Notes: generated from the letters alone by a model not told the origin. Counted from the first letter of the stretch, positions 28,271-41,776 are shown. The stretch: 64,000 nt of DNA from Chrysomallon squamiferum (GCA_012295275.1 CM022669.1:992001-1056000); one strand, 5' to 3'. Translations and numbers: made by a program.

Positions 28271-28329
28271 GTCATGGAATAGAAAAAGTAACAAAACAAA
28301 TATTACTTCTTTAAACCTAATTTGGGCCT

Positions 28330-28830
28330 CTGGGGTTTGTGACATACACTTGAAGAGGGTAATGAGACGAAGTAATCGATGCGAGTCAATACGAAAAAAT
28401 AGTCTAGTCTCAAACAACAGACAATAAAAACTCTATGACAAATCCAACGAAGCTGGGTGGACAATAGTGGAGGAGGCAGGCGTCGTTCAGTAACTGATTA
28501 TGACGATTGAACGCCATTAAGAGACCTTTTGACAACGAGTCCTGCGATTGCGCACATATCTCTGGACCCGGGGCGCGCGCAGGAGACAAACGTGCCTGAT
28601 GAATGCAGACGACGAGAGCGGGACAACTTTCAATCATTTTCACTAAGAGAAAAACCCATTTCTAGTCCATCCAGTTGGAGTATTGACATTGAGCTCAAAT
28701 AACAAGCAACATCAGACACAAACTCGACTGCCGCCCCAGTGTCAAGTTATTTCATACAGTCGGTTTAGCAGCTAAAAATAGGTTACTCTCATTCATGGGA
28801 CATCGGAGGAACGATGCATCACAGATAAAT
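28330..28830. promoter_or_regulatory. CpG-island-like element in a basonuclin intron (enhancer or alternative promoter)
   Basis: About 20 CpGs in 28365-28621 by manual count, including CCCGGGGCGCGCGC, flanked by extremely AT-rich DNA. Confidence 0.55.
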
Positions 28831-29019
28831 GGACAAAAGTTTATTATTGGTTATTATGGTAAAAGTTTCACTGCTAAATTAGTTATACGATTATTTTTTT
28901 TATTTTTTATTTTTTTTTCCAGATTTGTTTCTCCGTCAGAATAACATCTTTTAACGAAATAGTTTTTATTAATATAAGTAAGTTATTTTTTATACTTTAT
29001 AATAGTTTGTTACTTTAAT

Positions 29020-29055
<36 letters not shown>

Positions 29056-29649
29056 TTGTTTTCACTAATATTGTAATAAAGTTTATTATTTTATATATTT
29101 TTATATATAAAATAAATATTTGTAATTCTCTTTTTATTGTATGGTTGTTGTTTTTAAAAAAAATTAAAACCTGTTTGAATCCTTAAATTTCTTAGCATTC
29201 AACAAATACCAGTATTTATTTATCATTTAATTTTTATTATTTTTTTAAGTGAAAAAAAAGAATTATTATTTTTATTTTTTTATTTATTTATTTATCTATT
29301 TTTTTCTTTATTTTTGTTATTTTTTATTTTATTTATTTTATTTTATTATTATTTTATTTTTTTTGTGTTTTTTTTTTAATTTATTTCAGTTGCAGTTTTT
29401 AAAGACTGAAAATAAGTGTCATGTTTAATTTCAATTACTATAACTTTCTAATAATAGCAAGAGTGAATTTATTGAATCCATTCTTTCTTTTTCCTTTTCT
29501 TAAATATTTTTTTGTATATATATATGTACTTAATCAGTTTACTTTTTATTATTATTATTATTATTATTATTTTATATATATATATATATTATGCAAACAG
29601 AAGAAAAAAGAATTTGACAAAAAGCTAAACTTTTCAAACTGACACCAAA

Positions 29650-29892
29650 AGAAGGGAGGAAATATTTAATATAGCAACAGATTCAAAATATTTTAAATAT
29701 GATTGTATGCTGTTAGACATAATTGTGGGTAAAGACCAATCAAATAACAAAAGAGGAAACCCCCTACCAGGGGCAAGTCTTTGTTACACATTTGTGGAGC
29801 ACTGGCTGGAACATGAAATAGCACAATGGGTTACCAAGACAATTCTGAGTCCACTGAACCTTGAGCAGATACTCTTTGACAGAGCTCTGCCT
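29650..29892 (-). mobile_element. Decayed, internally deleted tRNA-SINE copy
   Basis: The blocks gaagggaggaaat..., agaggaaaccc and ttgttacac..ttgtggagcactggctggaac..gaaatagc.caatggg resemble an abundant gastropod SINE. This is recalled from memory, not from a database search. Confidence 0.6.
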
Positions 29893-31514
29893 TTTCTCCA
29901 AACTGATTGGTTAATGGTGTTATATATATTATTTTATTAGCAGTGGGTGTATTAGTCATTACAAAAATGCTTTAATAAAGAAGCATATGTAAACATACTC
30001 TTGCCATTCATTTTCACAATCCTTTAATTTTAAAGCGGTTTATGTCTTTTTATACAGGTCAGACTCAGTCTGTAGAAGTAATTCCTGCCTAAGCAAACTT
30101 TTTCTCTCTTTAGTTAGCTTTAAAAAAAAAAAAATTAAATGAAATGTTTAACTTCAGTTTTTAATATTATCAAAATAAACTTAAATAATAAAATAACGAA
30201 ATAAATGTAATTCAGTTTATTAGCCATGTTAAGATATGGACCTTGCTTTAAATATCACCATTTTTAAGCCTGAATTAAATACAATTTCAGTTTCATTCTT
30301 TTGTGCAAAATAAATTAGCAGTGATGTATTTTGATAATGCAGTTCCACTGAAATTCTTCAAAATGTTCAGCCAAAATAAAACAAAAAATGAAATGTCCAC
30401 CTTTCATCCCTGTCCAAAAAGGATAAAAAATACAACAAAAAAAACCCAGATCTAAGAGAAGAATAAGTATTTTCAATTAAAGGTATGATTTATTCATATT
30501 TTAACCACTGAAATAGATGTACATCGATATTAGTTCACCTTATTTCTTAACTGTAATTGTGTCACAAATTTACAAACTATTCCCCATTACTGACAACTTT
30601 ATCCAAAAAGAGCTTTTCAAAAACAATTTTTGAGTAATATTTTTGGTAAAATACATAATCAGATGTTATAAAGAAACATTATTAAAAAAAAAAAAATTCT
30701 TGTAGAGTTTTTATAAAATATGTTTCATTTCTGCATCATATAAAAAAGTTAGAAATACTAATAAGTCACATTTCTACTAATTATTATTATTATTGCTGTG
30801 TTTTCTCCTTTCTCTTTCTTTCAGTTCATTAGATCAGAATACTTACACAAATGAATATGTTTTTAAATCTATTTTCCTGTCTTATATTTATTAACTCAGA
30901 CATTTATATACTATTAATAATTTTCAATTTAAAAACAAAATACAAGTAAAAAATTAAATGTTATGTGAAAAAAGTATTTTATCTTTCAGTTTACTGCAGA
31001 ACAACTTGGTGCCATCTTGGTTGGCAGACATCGTTTCTGCTTAATATCTAAAAATAGCTCATCTTCAACCATTAGCAAAACACTGTCAGAACTGGGTGTC
31101 ATCTTCACTATAAAGCATTTACCAATAATAAACAACAGCCCACTTCTCATTATTAAGTAACTCTTAAACCACATTCTTATAGTCCAAAATGTAAAACTGA
31201 AGTTTAGCAAAGTTTGTCAATAAAGTACCAAGTTCCTAATTTTAATTCTACTTGGTAAAAGAAAAAAAAAAGGACAGTAAACGATGAATGACCTCTGCAC
31301 GGGATAAGATGAGAACAGGAAGAATTGCCAAGCAGTACATTCCTTTCACTCAACCGTGAGCATTTATCACATAAATAGCCACAAATATCACCTTAGAGTG
31401 ACACAAACTTTGACAAAATTTATAGAATCCTAATAAGTAAAAACTTTGAGAAAAAGTTTTGAGAAAAGTTTTCATCCAGGTAAGAAAACTGAAAGGTAAA
31501 TAATGCAGACTTAC

Positions 31515-31593
31515 CTCCAAAGGCTTCATGTTTGGGCTGACATGGGCTCGCTGACTTTCTCGTTCACTATCAGAAGTCACAGCAGAGCTAGGA
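31515..31593 (-). CDS. BNC2: Candidate upstream basonuclin exon, 79 bp: (S)PSSAVTSDSERESQRAHVSPNMKPLE, possibly with a start at ATG 31529 (MKPLE|AIRCT)
   Basis: Consensus donor GAG|GTAAGT at 31514 in phase 0, matching the next exon. Acceptor ttcatttcacAG at 31595-31594, open frame, and aacATG context. There is no sequence homology support. Confidence 0.6.
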
Positions 31594-34500
31594 CTGTGAA
31601 ATGAACACCGCTGTACAGAAGCCAAATTTAGCTGCCTGGCACCAGAGACCTTCCACAGTGGGGTGTGCTGCCGTTCTGAAACATACGTACAACACTTTAT
31701 CACAAGATAGGATTCTCCTGGTCCCTGTCATATGTTCAGTGTGTGTAATGTGTAGTTTGCTGTGTTTTGCTTTTCTACATTTATCAGAAAGGGCACGGTC
31801 ATACACGTAGCAGGCGGACATAGTTTTGGCAGACGGCAAAAACATTTGCTGCAGATAATCATAGGCAATATAATGTTATGCTTGTTTTTGAAAAATAAAT
31901 AAACAGGATGATAACAGAGGATATTTTTTTAACTGACTTTGTCAAGGCATACAATTTATTTTTCCATTACAAATTAAAGTTTATAAATAAATAAAGTTTT
32001 TTCAAAGTGATGAAATGTTTAGCCACTTTACAAAAAGTATTTCAATTAATAATTGGGTAAATGGTTCTTTCTTTTTAAAAAATTATTTAAATTTCAATAA
32101 CAGAAGTGAGATTATTTGTTAAGAAATCATACTTTAAATCAAAGAAATATATGGAAAAAAAAAAAAAAAAAAAAATTGTATAGATCATTAAAGAAAAATG
32201 AAATCTAACAATAAAATAATAGAAAATATAGTTCAGTTATAAAAGTAATTATTTAAGTGAGCAATCTTGTCGGCAAAATAAATCATTTACATTCTTGTCC
32301 TGCAAAATGAATCAATAGATACAGTGACATAACTCCCACTAGTACAATCATGTCAAACTAAATTAATACAGTAACTTTAAAAGATATTTCATTAAATAAT
32401 GGTAAAATTGACAGGCTTTAAAAATTATTCTTAATTCACTAAAATAAAGCTTAACAAAATAAATCATGCCAACATTATGTCAAAAAACATTTAAATATAA
32501 TATTGGAATCATCTGGCATTGCACTGAATTTGCCCTATTAAAAAGATTAAAACCAAAAAAATGTGAGCGTATGGGGAATGGGTCAGTATAAATGGACAGT
32601 GTCATGACTTAAAACATTTGGAAAGAAGAAATTGACAAATTTGTAAATAAAAGGTTTATCATTAATGGAGTAAAGTAAAGGACAAAGTATAAAATCAAAA
32701 AAGATCAGAAAAAAAGTAATACAGAGGAGAAAGTATAAAAATAAAATATGAAACATAATTTGCTGATATTAAAATCATTAGAAAAATCAAATTTTTAATT
32801 GTTTCTAGATAGATATTCACACGTAACAAACAACAACTAATGTATAAAATAATGTATTCTGAAATTAACCAAAATAACTAACCTTACTGACACTGGAAAG
32901 ATGGAACCAAGTTTCAGTTTACAGAACAAACATGTTCAGTAAACTTATTAACACTGTCTCAGAAATGTTTTTCTTTTTTTTTAAGTAGTAATTCCAAATT
33001 TACAGGTACAGAGTTCATTAAAAATTACAATTTCAACAAAGGTCTTTGAGAAATTTGTAAACTCCCCCAAAACAGTCCAACAGAAAAAAAGAAAATATGT
33101 CACAACTTTATAAGTAACTTTTTTTCAGTGTTTTTTTTTCCACACAAAAATTAATGTATATAATGAAATAAATTCCTCAACTCCAAAGAAAGTGCAAACT
33201 GGTAACTTCCTTCAAGAAAGGAAAAAAGGCATCTTATGACTGTCCCACAAGTAATGTATCTTCTAGATTTCCTGTCCTCCTTTGTCACATGCTCTGTCAA
33301 AGACCAATACCAGTCATCAAACAGCAATCCCATTGGTCGGTTTCCAGCAACATGTAGGAGGGGGGCAGCAACAGGGGGGCACCCTGGTCTCCAGGAAGCT
33401 TTCAAGATGCTGTCACACAAGATGGCAGCCACAGTTGATCATCTGGTCCCTGTTACAAGTCACCAAACAGAAGCACTAGTGTATCATGTTACCATAGCAG
33501 CTGTGGTGCTTCTTCAGGCTGTCTTGTCATTAGGCTGGTGGAAGAGAATTTATGGCTCATACCTTCACATGACTGAAGCTTGTGGCACCTTGGATGTGGC
33601 TGTCTCCTATTTGCTTAAAATAGACATCTCCAGTGCTTACAATTAATAACTTCTTTTGACTTGTGGAACATCATTCTAACTTGTTTATTTTTTTAAATTC
33701 TATGTAAACATATTTTCTCAGCAGATGTACTTTATTATTCTTTTTGAAGTGATGATCCAAATGTTTTTTCACTGGAAAACATTTTAAAAACCATTCATGT
33801 TTTTTAAAAAGAATAAATGTAATCTGCTTAATGAATCTAATTAGTGATAACTGTCTTGTTTCTAATTAATTTTATAATATAGCCTTAGTTATTTATATTA
33901 CTATTATTACTGTAATAAATACAGAATACAAACTTTAACTACAGGTTTATATTAAATACAGCAGCAGCAATATCTCAATACATGTATTGTTAAGATTATA
34001 GCTGGGTACAAACAACAGTTCATACCAATAAGTTTGATACAGTGTAGTTCATTAAACATTGAATGTATAAAGTAAATCTTCATCAACTCTTGTCAAAAAT
34101 TATATTTATGTTATTAAAAGAAAACTGATAGTTATAAATAATAAGATTTAATGTAAATCAATAAATAACAGTTAAATTATTTTAAAAAGTGACCAAACTG
34201 TCTGTTTGGAATTATAAATGGAAGGGAAGGGGATCAGATACTGCACACAGTGGTCTAAAAGGAAAAATACACAATACATTCATTTCAAAAGTTAACATGT
34301 CAGTTGCTGAATATATAAAAATAATGAAAGTAAATGATTATCTTTCTGAATTTATTTAACTGTTTTAAACTGAATGATTAACATATCGCATAAATAACGG
34401 AAGGATTTCAAAAATTCAAAATTGTATTTTATAGACAGTCCTCTTCCCTTTTTTATTGGTTTATTTAAATGTATTAAATGTAGAAAGTTGCAGTCACAGA

Positions 34501-34747
34501 CTGTCAAACTGAGAGACCTCAGTGTGACACTGCTGAGTAACTCCAGCTGTTGGTGTACAGTCACTGGGTTTGTCCACTGTTCTTCATTATCAGTTGTGTG
34601 CATCCAGTAGGTAATTAATATTGCTCCCCCTGGTCTCCAAACCTCACAGATCAAATTTCAAACACATTGCTCAAGACATGTGGGAAAATGGCCAACTGCA
34701 GCTTTGTCACTTACAGCAGGCAATACTTAGCTGTACATCAAAGCTGA

Positions 34748-35092
34748 CAGAATAGATACCTACAGTATTCCAAACTGATGTTTTCTATGTTATTATAGAA
34801 TACATTTATTAGTTGATAGAATAGATACATACAGTATTCCAAACTGATGTTTTCTATGTTATTATAGAACACATTTATTAGTTGATAGAATAGATACATA
34901 CAGTATTCCAAACTGATGTTTTCTATGTTATTATAGAACACATTTATTAGTTGATAGAATAGATACATACAGTATTCCAAACTGATGTATTTTATATATT
35001 ACTGTAGAACACATTTATTAGTTCATAGTATAGATACACTCACATACAGTATTTCAAACTTCTGTATTTTATATGTTATAGAACATATTTAT
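34748..35092. repeat. 69-bp minisatellite, ~4.5 copies
   Basis: aatagatac recurs at 34751 and 34820; 23-aa period in the ORF track. Confidence 0.95.
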
Positions 35093-35947
35093 TAAGTGTG
35101 GAGAGCGAATGATGTTGAAACTTGCTTGATCAGTGTAATCAGTAATTAACAAGGCATATGACAGTACAAGTGACTGAGTAAACTGGAGGGAAAAAAAAAA
35201 TGCTAAGGAAATAAATACTGTGCATTATAAACCAATAGAATGAAATGACAAAGTGTAAATGGGTTTGTAATGGTCCAGAGAAAACAAAGAACATAGATAT
35301 CATAAGTTGTTGCAAGGAACTGCTATAATTTTGACATAAACTAGTTTAAAATGTGAGAACAGGGGAATCTTGTACAGTTGTATGATATGTAATGAGCACT
35401 AATTACAAAGTCAAATGTCCAGTAATAATTACTGAAGTCTAGTAATCAAAACAAACAACAAAAAAGTATTTTATAACTTAGAGAAAACAACAGAAAGGAT
35501 GATGAAGAAAAGCAAAAAGGGATGAATTATTGATACATTGTTAACATGGCTGACATAACTGCTGTATGACAAAGACAGCAGTACAAACATGAGACAGTAA
35601 TAACCAGTCAGAATACATCAGACACTCTACACTTGATAACTAACTCTCCTATGATTCAGTCGGCTTGCTTTCCTTTATTATTTAGTTTTCTCTCTCTTAT
35701 TTTTTAAACTTTATTATTATTATTTTTTTTACATATAGGCCTATTGTTCACTCATATAAAAATGAACATGAAACAGTTATTTGCCAGCAAATGTGAATTA
35801 ACAAATAATTATTTATATAACTTTATTTATTATTACTAAGTGTCAAAGGTATTTATTTATTTTTATTTATTATCAGTTAACAGCAAGATTTTTTTCACAA
35901 GAATATTTTACTTAGCATCACACTTAACATTAACTTTTAATCTATGC

Positions 35948-35994
<47 letters not shown>

Positions 35995-36484
35995 AAGGAC
36001 ATGAAAATGATGACAGGAAATCTACTACTGCCAACTTATGACTTTTTCATATGGACTTTCTTATGACAGGAAAGCACTTTTTGAGGATTCAGAGGGCAGC
36101 CATTTCCATATTTCCAAAAACAAAGATATTTTTTTGAAAATTTACATTTAACCTAAATTAAACATGTTTAATGCTGAGTCAAACAAAAACGTTGTATAAA
36201 ATAAACAGAATCTACTTAGAAGTGTTAATTTGTCAAATATCACTTTAATGAAATAATTATGGTCAACTTTGATGATTTTTTATAATGTTTGAAGGTGATG
36301 TATGTCATCTAGCTACAAACACACTGAGAACTTGGATAAGAGTGAAAAGTATAATTAAGTTATGTCCCAGTGTAAGGTAAATTACATAGTTCTTTTGACA
36401 CAGAGCACAGAAAGACTGACTATAATTAATGTCCTGCTTGTGAAATGCAGGATGGAGGACAGAGGGCTAAACAGCACAACTTGC

Positions 36485-36546
36485 CAGCCTGGCATAGATC
36501 CTGAAACCTCACAGTTGAAACACAACACTTTATCCACAAGCTGAAA
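36485..36546 (-). mobile_element. Decayed tRNA-like SINE head
   Basis: Minus strand reads cAGCTTGTGGataaagtgttg...caGGATCTATGCCagg, giving A-box-like and B-box-like elements at tRNA spacing with apparent CpG decay. Confidence 0.4.
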
Positions 36547-36704
36547 AACACAAACCCTGGCAATAGTTAGAACTGTTCCAGTTAATTAAAGAAAAGTCTG
36601 CTGTCCCATGTTATCAAGTCTGTTACACTAATTAAAACTGTGAATCTTCAGTGTACTGATCAATCAAGTCTGATTTACATGAATTTAAATACCTGTAGAG
36701 TTCA

Positions 36705-37153
36705 ATATACATTCAAATATATTTATGTACTAATATAGATTCAACTATATTTATGTATAATATACTAATATAGATTCAAATATATTTATGTATAATGTAT
36801 TAATACACATATGACTATATTTATGTATGATGCACTAATACACATTTAAATATATTTATGTATGATGTACTAATACACATTTATTTATATTTATGTATAA
36901 TGTACTAATACACATTTATTTATATTTATGTATAATGTACTAATACACATTTAACTATATTTATGTATGATGTACTAATACACATTTAAATATATTTATG
37001 TATAATGTACTAATACACATTTAAATATATTTATGTATAATGTACTAATACACATTTAACTACATTTATGTATAATCTACTAATACACATTTAAATACAT
37101 TTATGTATAATCTACTAATACACATTTAACTATATTTATGTATGATGCACTAA
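36705..37153. repeat. 35-bp minisatellite (aatacacatttaaatatatttatgtataatgtact), ~12 copies
   Basis: Tandem units visible. Confidence 0.95.
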
Positions 37154-38042
37154 AACAGAATTAATTAACATGTTAAATAACATGTGAAATGGATGGGAAA
37201 AAAAGAATTAAGAAAAAAAGATAATTTGAAAAATAATGAAATAAAATGTTTATCCAGAGTTTGCAACAGAAAATCCAAAATGTTTAACAGAATGATCTAA
37301 TTTGATAGACAAATATGTCATCAGTAGACTGTCAAAAAAACCCATTATCTTCATCAAACACAGTTCTTTGGTGAAGTTAAAACAGGACAAAATATATATT
37401 AATATAAAAATTAAAAATGTCATTTAAAAAACAATAAAATAATTGAATAAAATAAAAATTAGATTCTAAAGAGGTTTAGATAAATACAGAAAAAAGAGGA
37501 AATTTTGTCATCATTAATTTAGAAATTATAATAGTACATAAATTTATAAAATATAACAGAAAAATTGTAAAAGGAAAACATAGCAAATGAGTAATAATAA
37601 TAATAATAATAATATTAATAACAGAAATGAATGAATGAAACATAAAGGAAATTTACAACACAGTTCTATAAATGTTTTTAATTTTGAGTTTTAAAACAGA
37701 GGTGATTTACCATTTTTCCAAACAGTAAATGTCTAAGTTCCTTTCATATCTACTGATGTATATATAATGTATGAGAAGACACTGATTCTATATTTATGTG
37801 TGGGTGTGGTAGATGGTTTTTAGTAGTAATGATTTGGTTTTTATTTTTGTATTATTTATTACATCTTTAATTTAAATTTTAAATATCTGTTTCTGTTGTG
37901 TATTTTAATTATTTGAGGTGTTATATTATATATATACATATAATTTCAGTAAACAAATTTCTGTTAAATACACACAAACAAAAACTAAATTATTAATAAT
38001 AAAAAAACTCAAATACACATAGGACAAGTTTTTACAAAAACA

Positions 38043-38085
<43 letters not shown>

Positions 38086-38150
38086 ACACACTGACACACA
38101 TACAGACAGACAGGCAAACATTCCTAAAATAAATGGATGACTATTCTTAC

Positions 38151-38215
38151 CTGCCTGCTCTCTTTACAAGAAAACAAAGTCTTGCTTTTTGTGTGAACAT
38201 GAAAAGTAAATCCAT
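38151..38215 (-). CDS. Candidate first exon of basonuclin, coding part MDLLFMFTQKARLCFLVKRAG(S); may be only 5'UTR
   Basis: Strong donor CAG|GTAAGA at 38150, phase 2 matching the 31593 acceptor. The frame is open from ATG 38215 with an in-frame TGA just upstream. No homology support. Confidence 0.3.
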
Positions 38216-38299
38216 CCATAAGGCCAAATCATTTCAATTTTTTTTTTTTTTTTTTCTCAAACAGTTCTGTCAGATGATTACTTCAGAAAATCAAGAGAA

Positions 38300-38698
38300 A
38301 AACTGAAAGACCAAAAAATATTGTTAACCAGTGCTGTTCATTTTGACCTTTGACCTGAATAGATTTCTTCAGAACAGACCATCACAGTTAAAATTCAGAG
38401 ACGGTTCTAAGAGACTTTGGAGTGGTGCACACTTATTTAAAAACCTGTTTACAAAATTCTCCTGCTAGAAAAGATGGCAGTCTAAAAGATACAAGAAACT
38501 GAACAGACATCACCTAAGTGTGACAAAGGTGACACCTTCAACCTGTTTCCAATAACAACATTCCAGAAACCCACTCTCATGTGGATCCTCCCCAATCAAT
38601 CACTAAACATTACAGCAGTTCACAGATTCTTCATCACTGTAAAATTCAGTTCCACTCAGTTTTATTTTCATATCATTAAAAGTAATTATCCATGTATA

Positions 38699-38735
<37 letters not shown>

Positions 38736-39440
38736 CTTAATTTAAAAAAAAAAAAAAAGAATTTTATCCAGAACTGTCAAAATCTTAGTTCAAATTCTTA
38801 GAACACTTGTTACCATGGTAATGGTTCCTTGTCCTTTTTAAAGCTGCTTAATTTTTTAACAAATTTATTTTAATCACTTTTCTCTCTGCTCCTATGTTCT
38901 GGATTGACAAACGGATGACAAACTACTGAAGAGGATTCGAAGTTTTAAAACTGTCCAGATATCTTCCCAAAATGAAATTAAAAATAAATTTCCCCCTCCT
39001 TGCTTCTGTTTCTGTTATGGTTCTGCTTCCATTGCCTGCTGGAAGGAAGACTGTAGGTCGTAGACAACATTCAAGTGATGTTTGCTGTGAAAGAACCCAT
39101 TCCTGTCACAAGAGAACCTAACCAATGACATTCCGATACTTTCCAATCGGCTGTAGCACACTAATCAATATATGGGACTCCACTGGTTGAAGCGACCAAA
39201 CAGATGGCACTTTAATTCCTGTCCATTATGCTGATGTGTCGTGTTTTGTCATTGAGTATTGTTCAGCTGGTTGACGATGGCTTGACTTAATTAATACCGA
39301 CACAAGGGAGGTACAGATGATATCATTACTATGTGAATGCTTCATTGCCTCTTGTAGTTACAAGATAGATGGAGAATGATATTTTATTTACATGAATGTC
39401 ACATGCAGTCCCATTTCCAGTGCTATCTTCAGGCACTTTC
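38300..39440 (-). promoter_or_regulatory. Candidate basonuclin promoter / 5'UTR region
   Basis: Non-repetitive, GC-richer stretch upstream of the 38150 donor. It has CCAAT boxes at 39122 and 39143, CCAATCAATCA (PBX-like) at 38592, a YY1-like AAGATGGC at ~38471, an X-box-like GTTACCATGGTAAT at 38809, and some retained CpGs. Motif-level inference only. Confidence 0.35.
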
Positions 39441-39838
39441 TGAAAAAGAAAACTATTTTACCATTAACAGTTTTGTTTTGGTGGTGGCAGAAATATTACG
39501 TCATTAAATCATTATAGATTACTAAGAGTAATGATGATGTTGTTAATAATGATGATGATGATGGTAAAAATAAGAACATCCTGAATGATATTAACATAAA
39601 AAGCAAAGCTAAAATTAAACAGATTATTTTTCTTCATTCAAATGGTGTTTGACAATAAACTAATAATAATAAGAATCATTATTTTTATTACTATTATTAT
39701 TATTATTTTATTATCTGCTTCAGTAGGAAAGACAGTCACATCAATATGAACATTTCTGACTTACAGTGAATTATGAGCCAACTGCCTCAAAGCTAAGTTG
39801 TTTTATTTGTTTCTTGTATTTTATTTTATCTTTTTCTT

Positions 39839-39881
<43 letters not shown>

Positions 39882-40278
39882 TTTTGTTTTGTTTTATTAA
39901 TTTATTTTGAAAGTTTGTTTCTTTTAGTTGTTTCTCTCTCTCTCTCTCTCTCTCTTTTTATGAGGGCAGTTTTTTAACTTATAATTTTTCAATGATGTGG
40001 TGTGTTACAGCTGAAGTAATTTTTCTTTTATTACTTTTTACTTTTATTTGATATCCTGTTTTTGTTTGTACCACAAACATACAGTGACACACATGTATTT
40101 GATTTATCATTTAATAATTTCTTCTTTTATCTTGCCATATTTCCTTCTAACTAACTCTGTCATTTATTCACCTGTATTGGTGAATGTGGTTAAGTGTTTG
40201 GCTTTGCGGCTGTCAGATACTGGGATCATGTTCCTGTAACGGCTGATAACAGAGTTATTTTTAACATGGGGCATCCGC

Positions 40279-40980
40279 CTATAAAACATTCTCACTTCAT
40301 GTATAGGTTTTAACACATCTTTCTTTCTCTATAAAACATTCTCACTACATGTACAGGTTTTAACACATCTTTCTTTCTCTATAAAACATTCTCACTACCT
40401 GTACAGGTTTTAACACATCTTTCTTTCTCTATAAAACATTCTCACTACATGTACAGGTTTTAACACATCTTTATTTCTCTATAAAACATTCTCACTTCAT
40501 GTACAGGTTTTAACACATCTTTCTTTCTCTATAAAACATTCTCACTACCTGTACAGGTTTTAACACATCTTTCTTTCTCTATAAAACATTCTCACTACAT
40601 GTACAGGTTTTAACACATCTTTCTTTCTCTATAAAACATTCTCACTACATGTACAGGTTTTAACACATCTTTCTTTCTCTATAAAACATTCTCACTTCAT
40701 GTACAGGTTTTAACACATCTTTCTTTCTCTATAAAACATTCTCACTACATGTACAGGTTTTAACACATCTTTCTTTCTCTATAAAACATTCTCACAATGG
40801 GTACAGGTTTTAACACATCTTTCTTTCTCTATAAAACATTCTCACTATCTGTACAGATTTTAACATATCTTTCTTTCTCTATAAAACATTCTCACTATCT
40901 GTACAGATTTTAACATATCCTTTTTTCTCTGTAAAACATTCTCACTACCTGTACAGGTTTTAACACATCTTTCTTTCTCT
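40279..40980. repeat. 50-bp minisatellite (ataaaacattctcactacatgtacaggttttaacacatctttctttctct), 14 copies
   Basis: Exact 50-bp period. Confidence 0.97.
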
Positions 40981-41776
40981 ATAAATCATTGACTCTACCT
41001 GTACAAGTTTTAATACAACATATCTGTGTTTCTGTATAACACTTTGACTCTACCTGTACAAGTTTTAACACAACATATCTGTGTTTCTGTACAAAACATT
41101 GACTCTACCTGTACAAGTTTTAACACAACATATCTGTGTTTCTGTATAACACTTTGACTCTGCCTGTACAAGTTTTAATACAACATATCTGTGTTTCTGT
41201 ATAACACATTGATTCTACCTGTACAAGTTTTAATACAATATATCTGTGTTTCTATATAACACATTGACTCTACCTGTACAAGTTTTAACACAACATATCT
41301 GTGTTTCTGTATAACACATTGACTCTACCTGTACAAGTTTTAACACAACATATCTGTGTTTCTGTATAAAACATTGACTCTACCTGTACAAGTTTTAACA
41401 CAACATATCTGTGTTTCTGTACAAAACATTGACTCTACCTGTACAAGTTTTAACACAACATATCTGTGTTTCTGTACAAAACATTGACACTACCTGTACA
41501 GGTTTTAACACAACATATCTGTGTTTCTGTACAAAACATTGACACTACCTGTACAAGTTTTAACACAACATATCTGTGTTTCTGTATAAAACATTGACTC
41601 TACCTGTACAGGTTTTAACACAACATATCTGGGTTTCTGTACAAAACATTGACACTACCTGTACAGGTTTTAACACAACATATCTGTGTTTCTGTACAAA
41701 ACATTGACTCTACCTGTACAGGTTTTAACACAACATATCTGTGTTTCTGTATAAAACATTGACTCTACCTGTACAG
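40981..41776. repeat. 55-bp minisatellite (ataacacattgactctacctgtacaagttttaacacaacatatctgtgtttctgt), ~14.5 copies, related to the 50-bp unit
   Basis: Exact 55-bp period directly abutting the 50-bp array. Confidence 0.97.

Noticed and set aside
33236-33646. 136-aa plus-strand ORF
   Set aside because: No recognisable homology, and overlapping ORFs in other frames indicate a local shortage of stops from higher GC.
38706-38758. Poly-T followed by poly-A that could form a hairpin or terminator
   Set aside because: Homopolymer tracts are common throughout the window and there is no other support.
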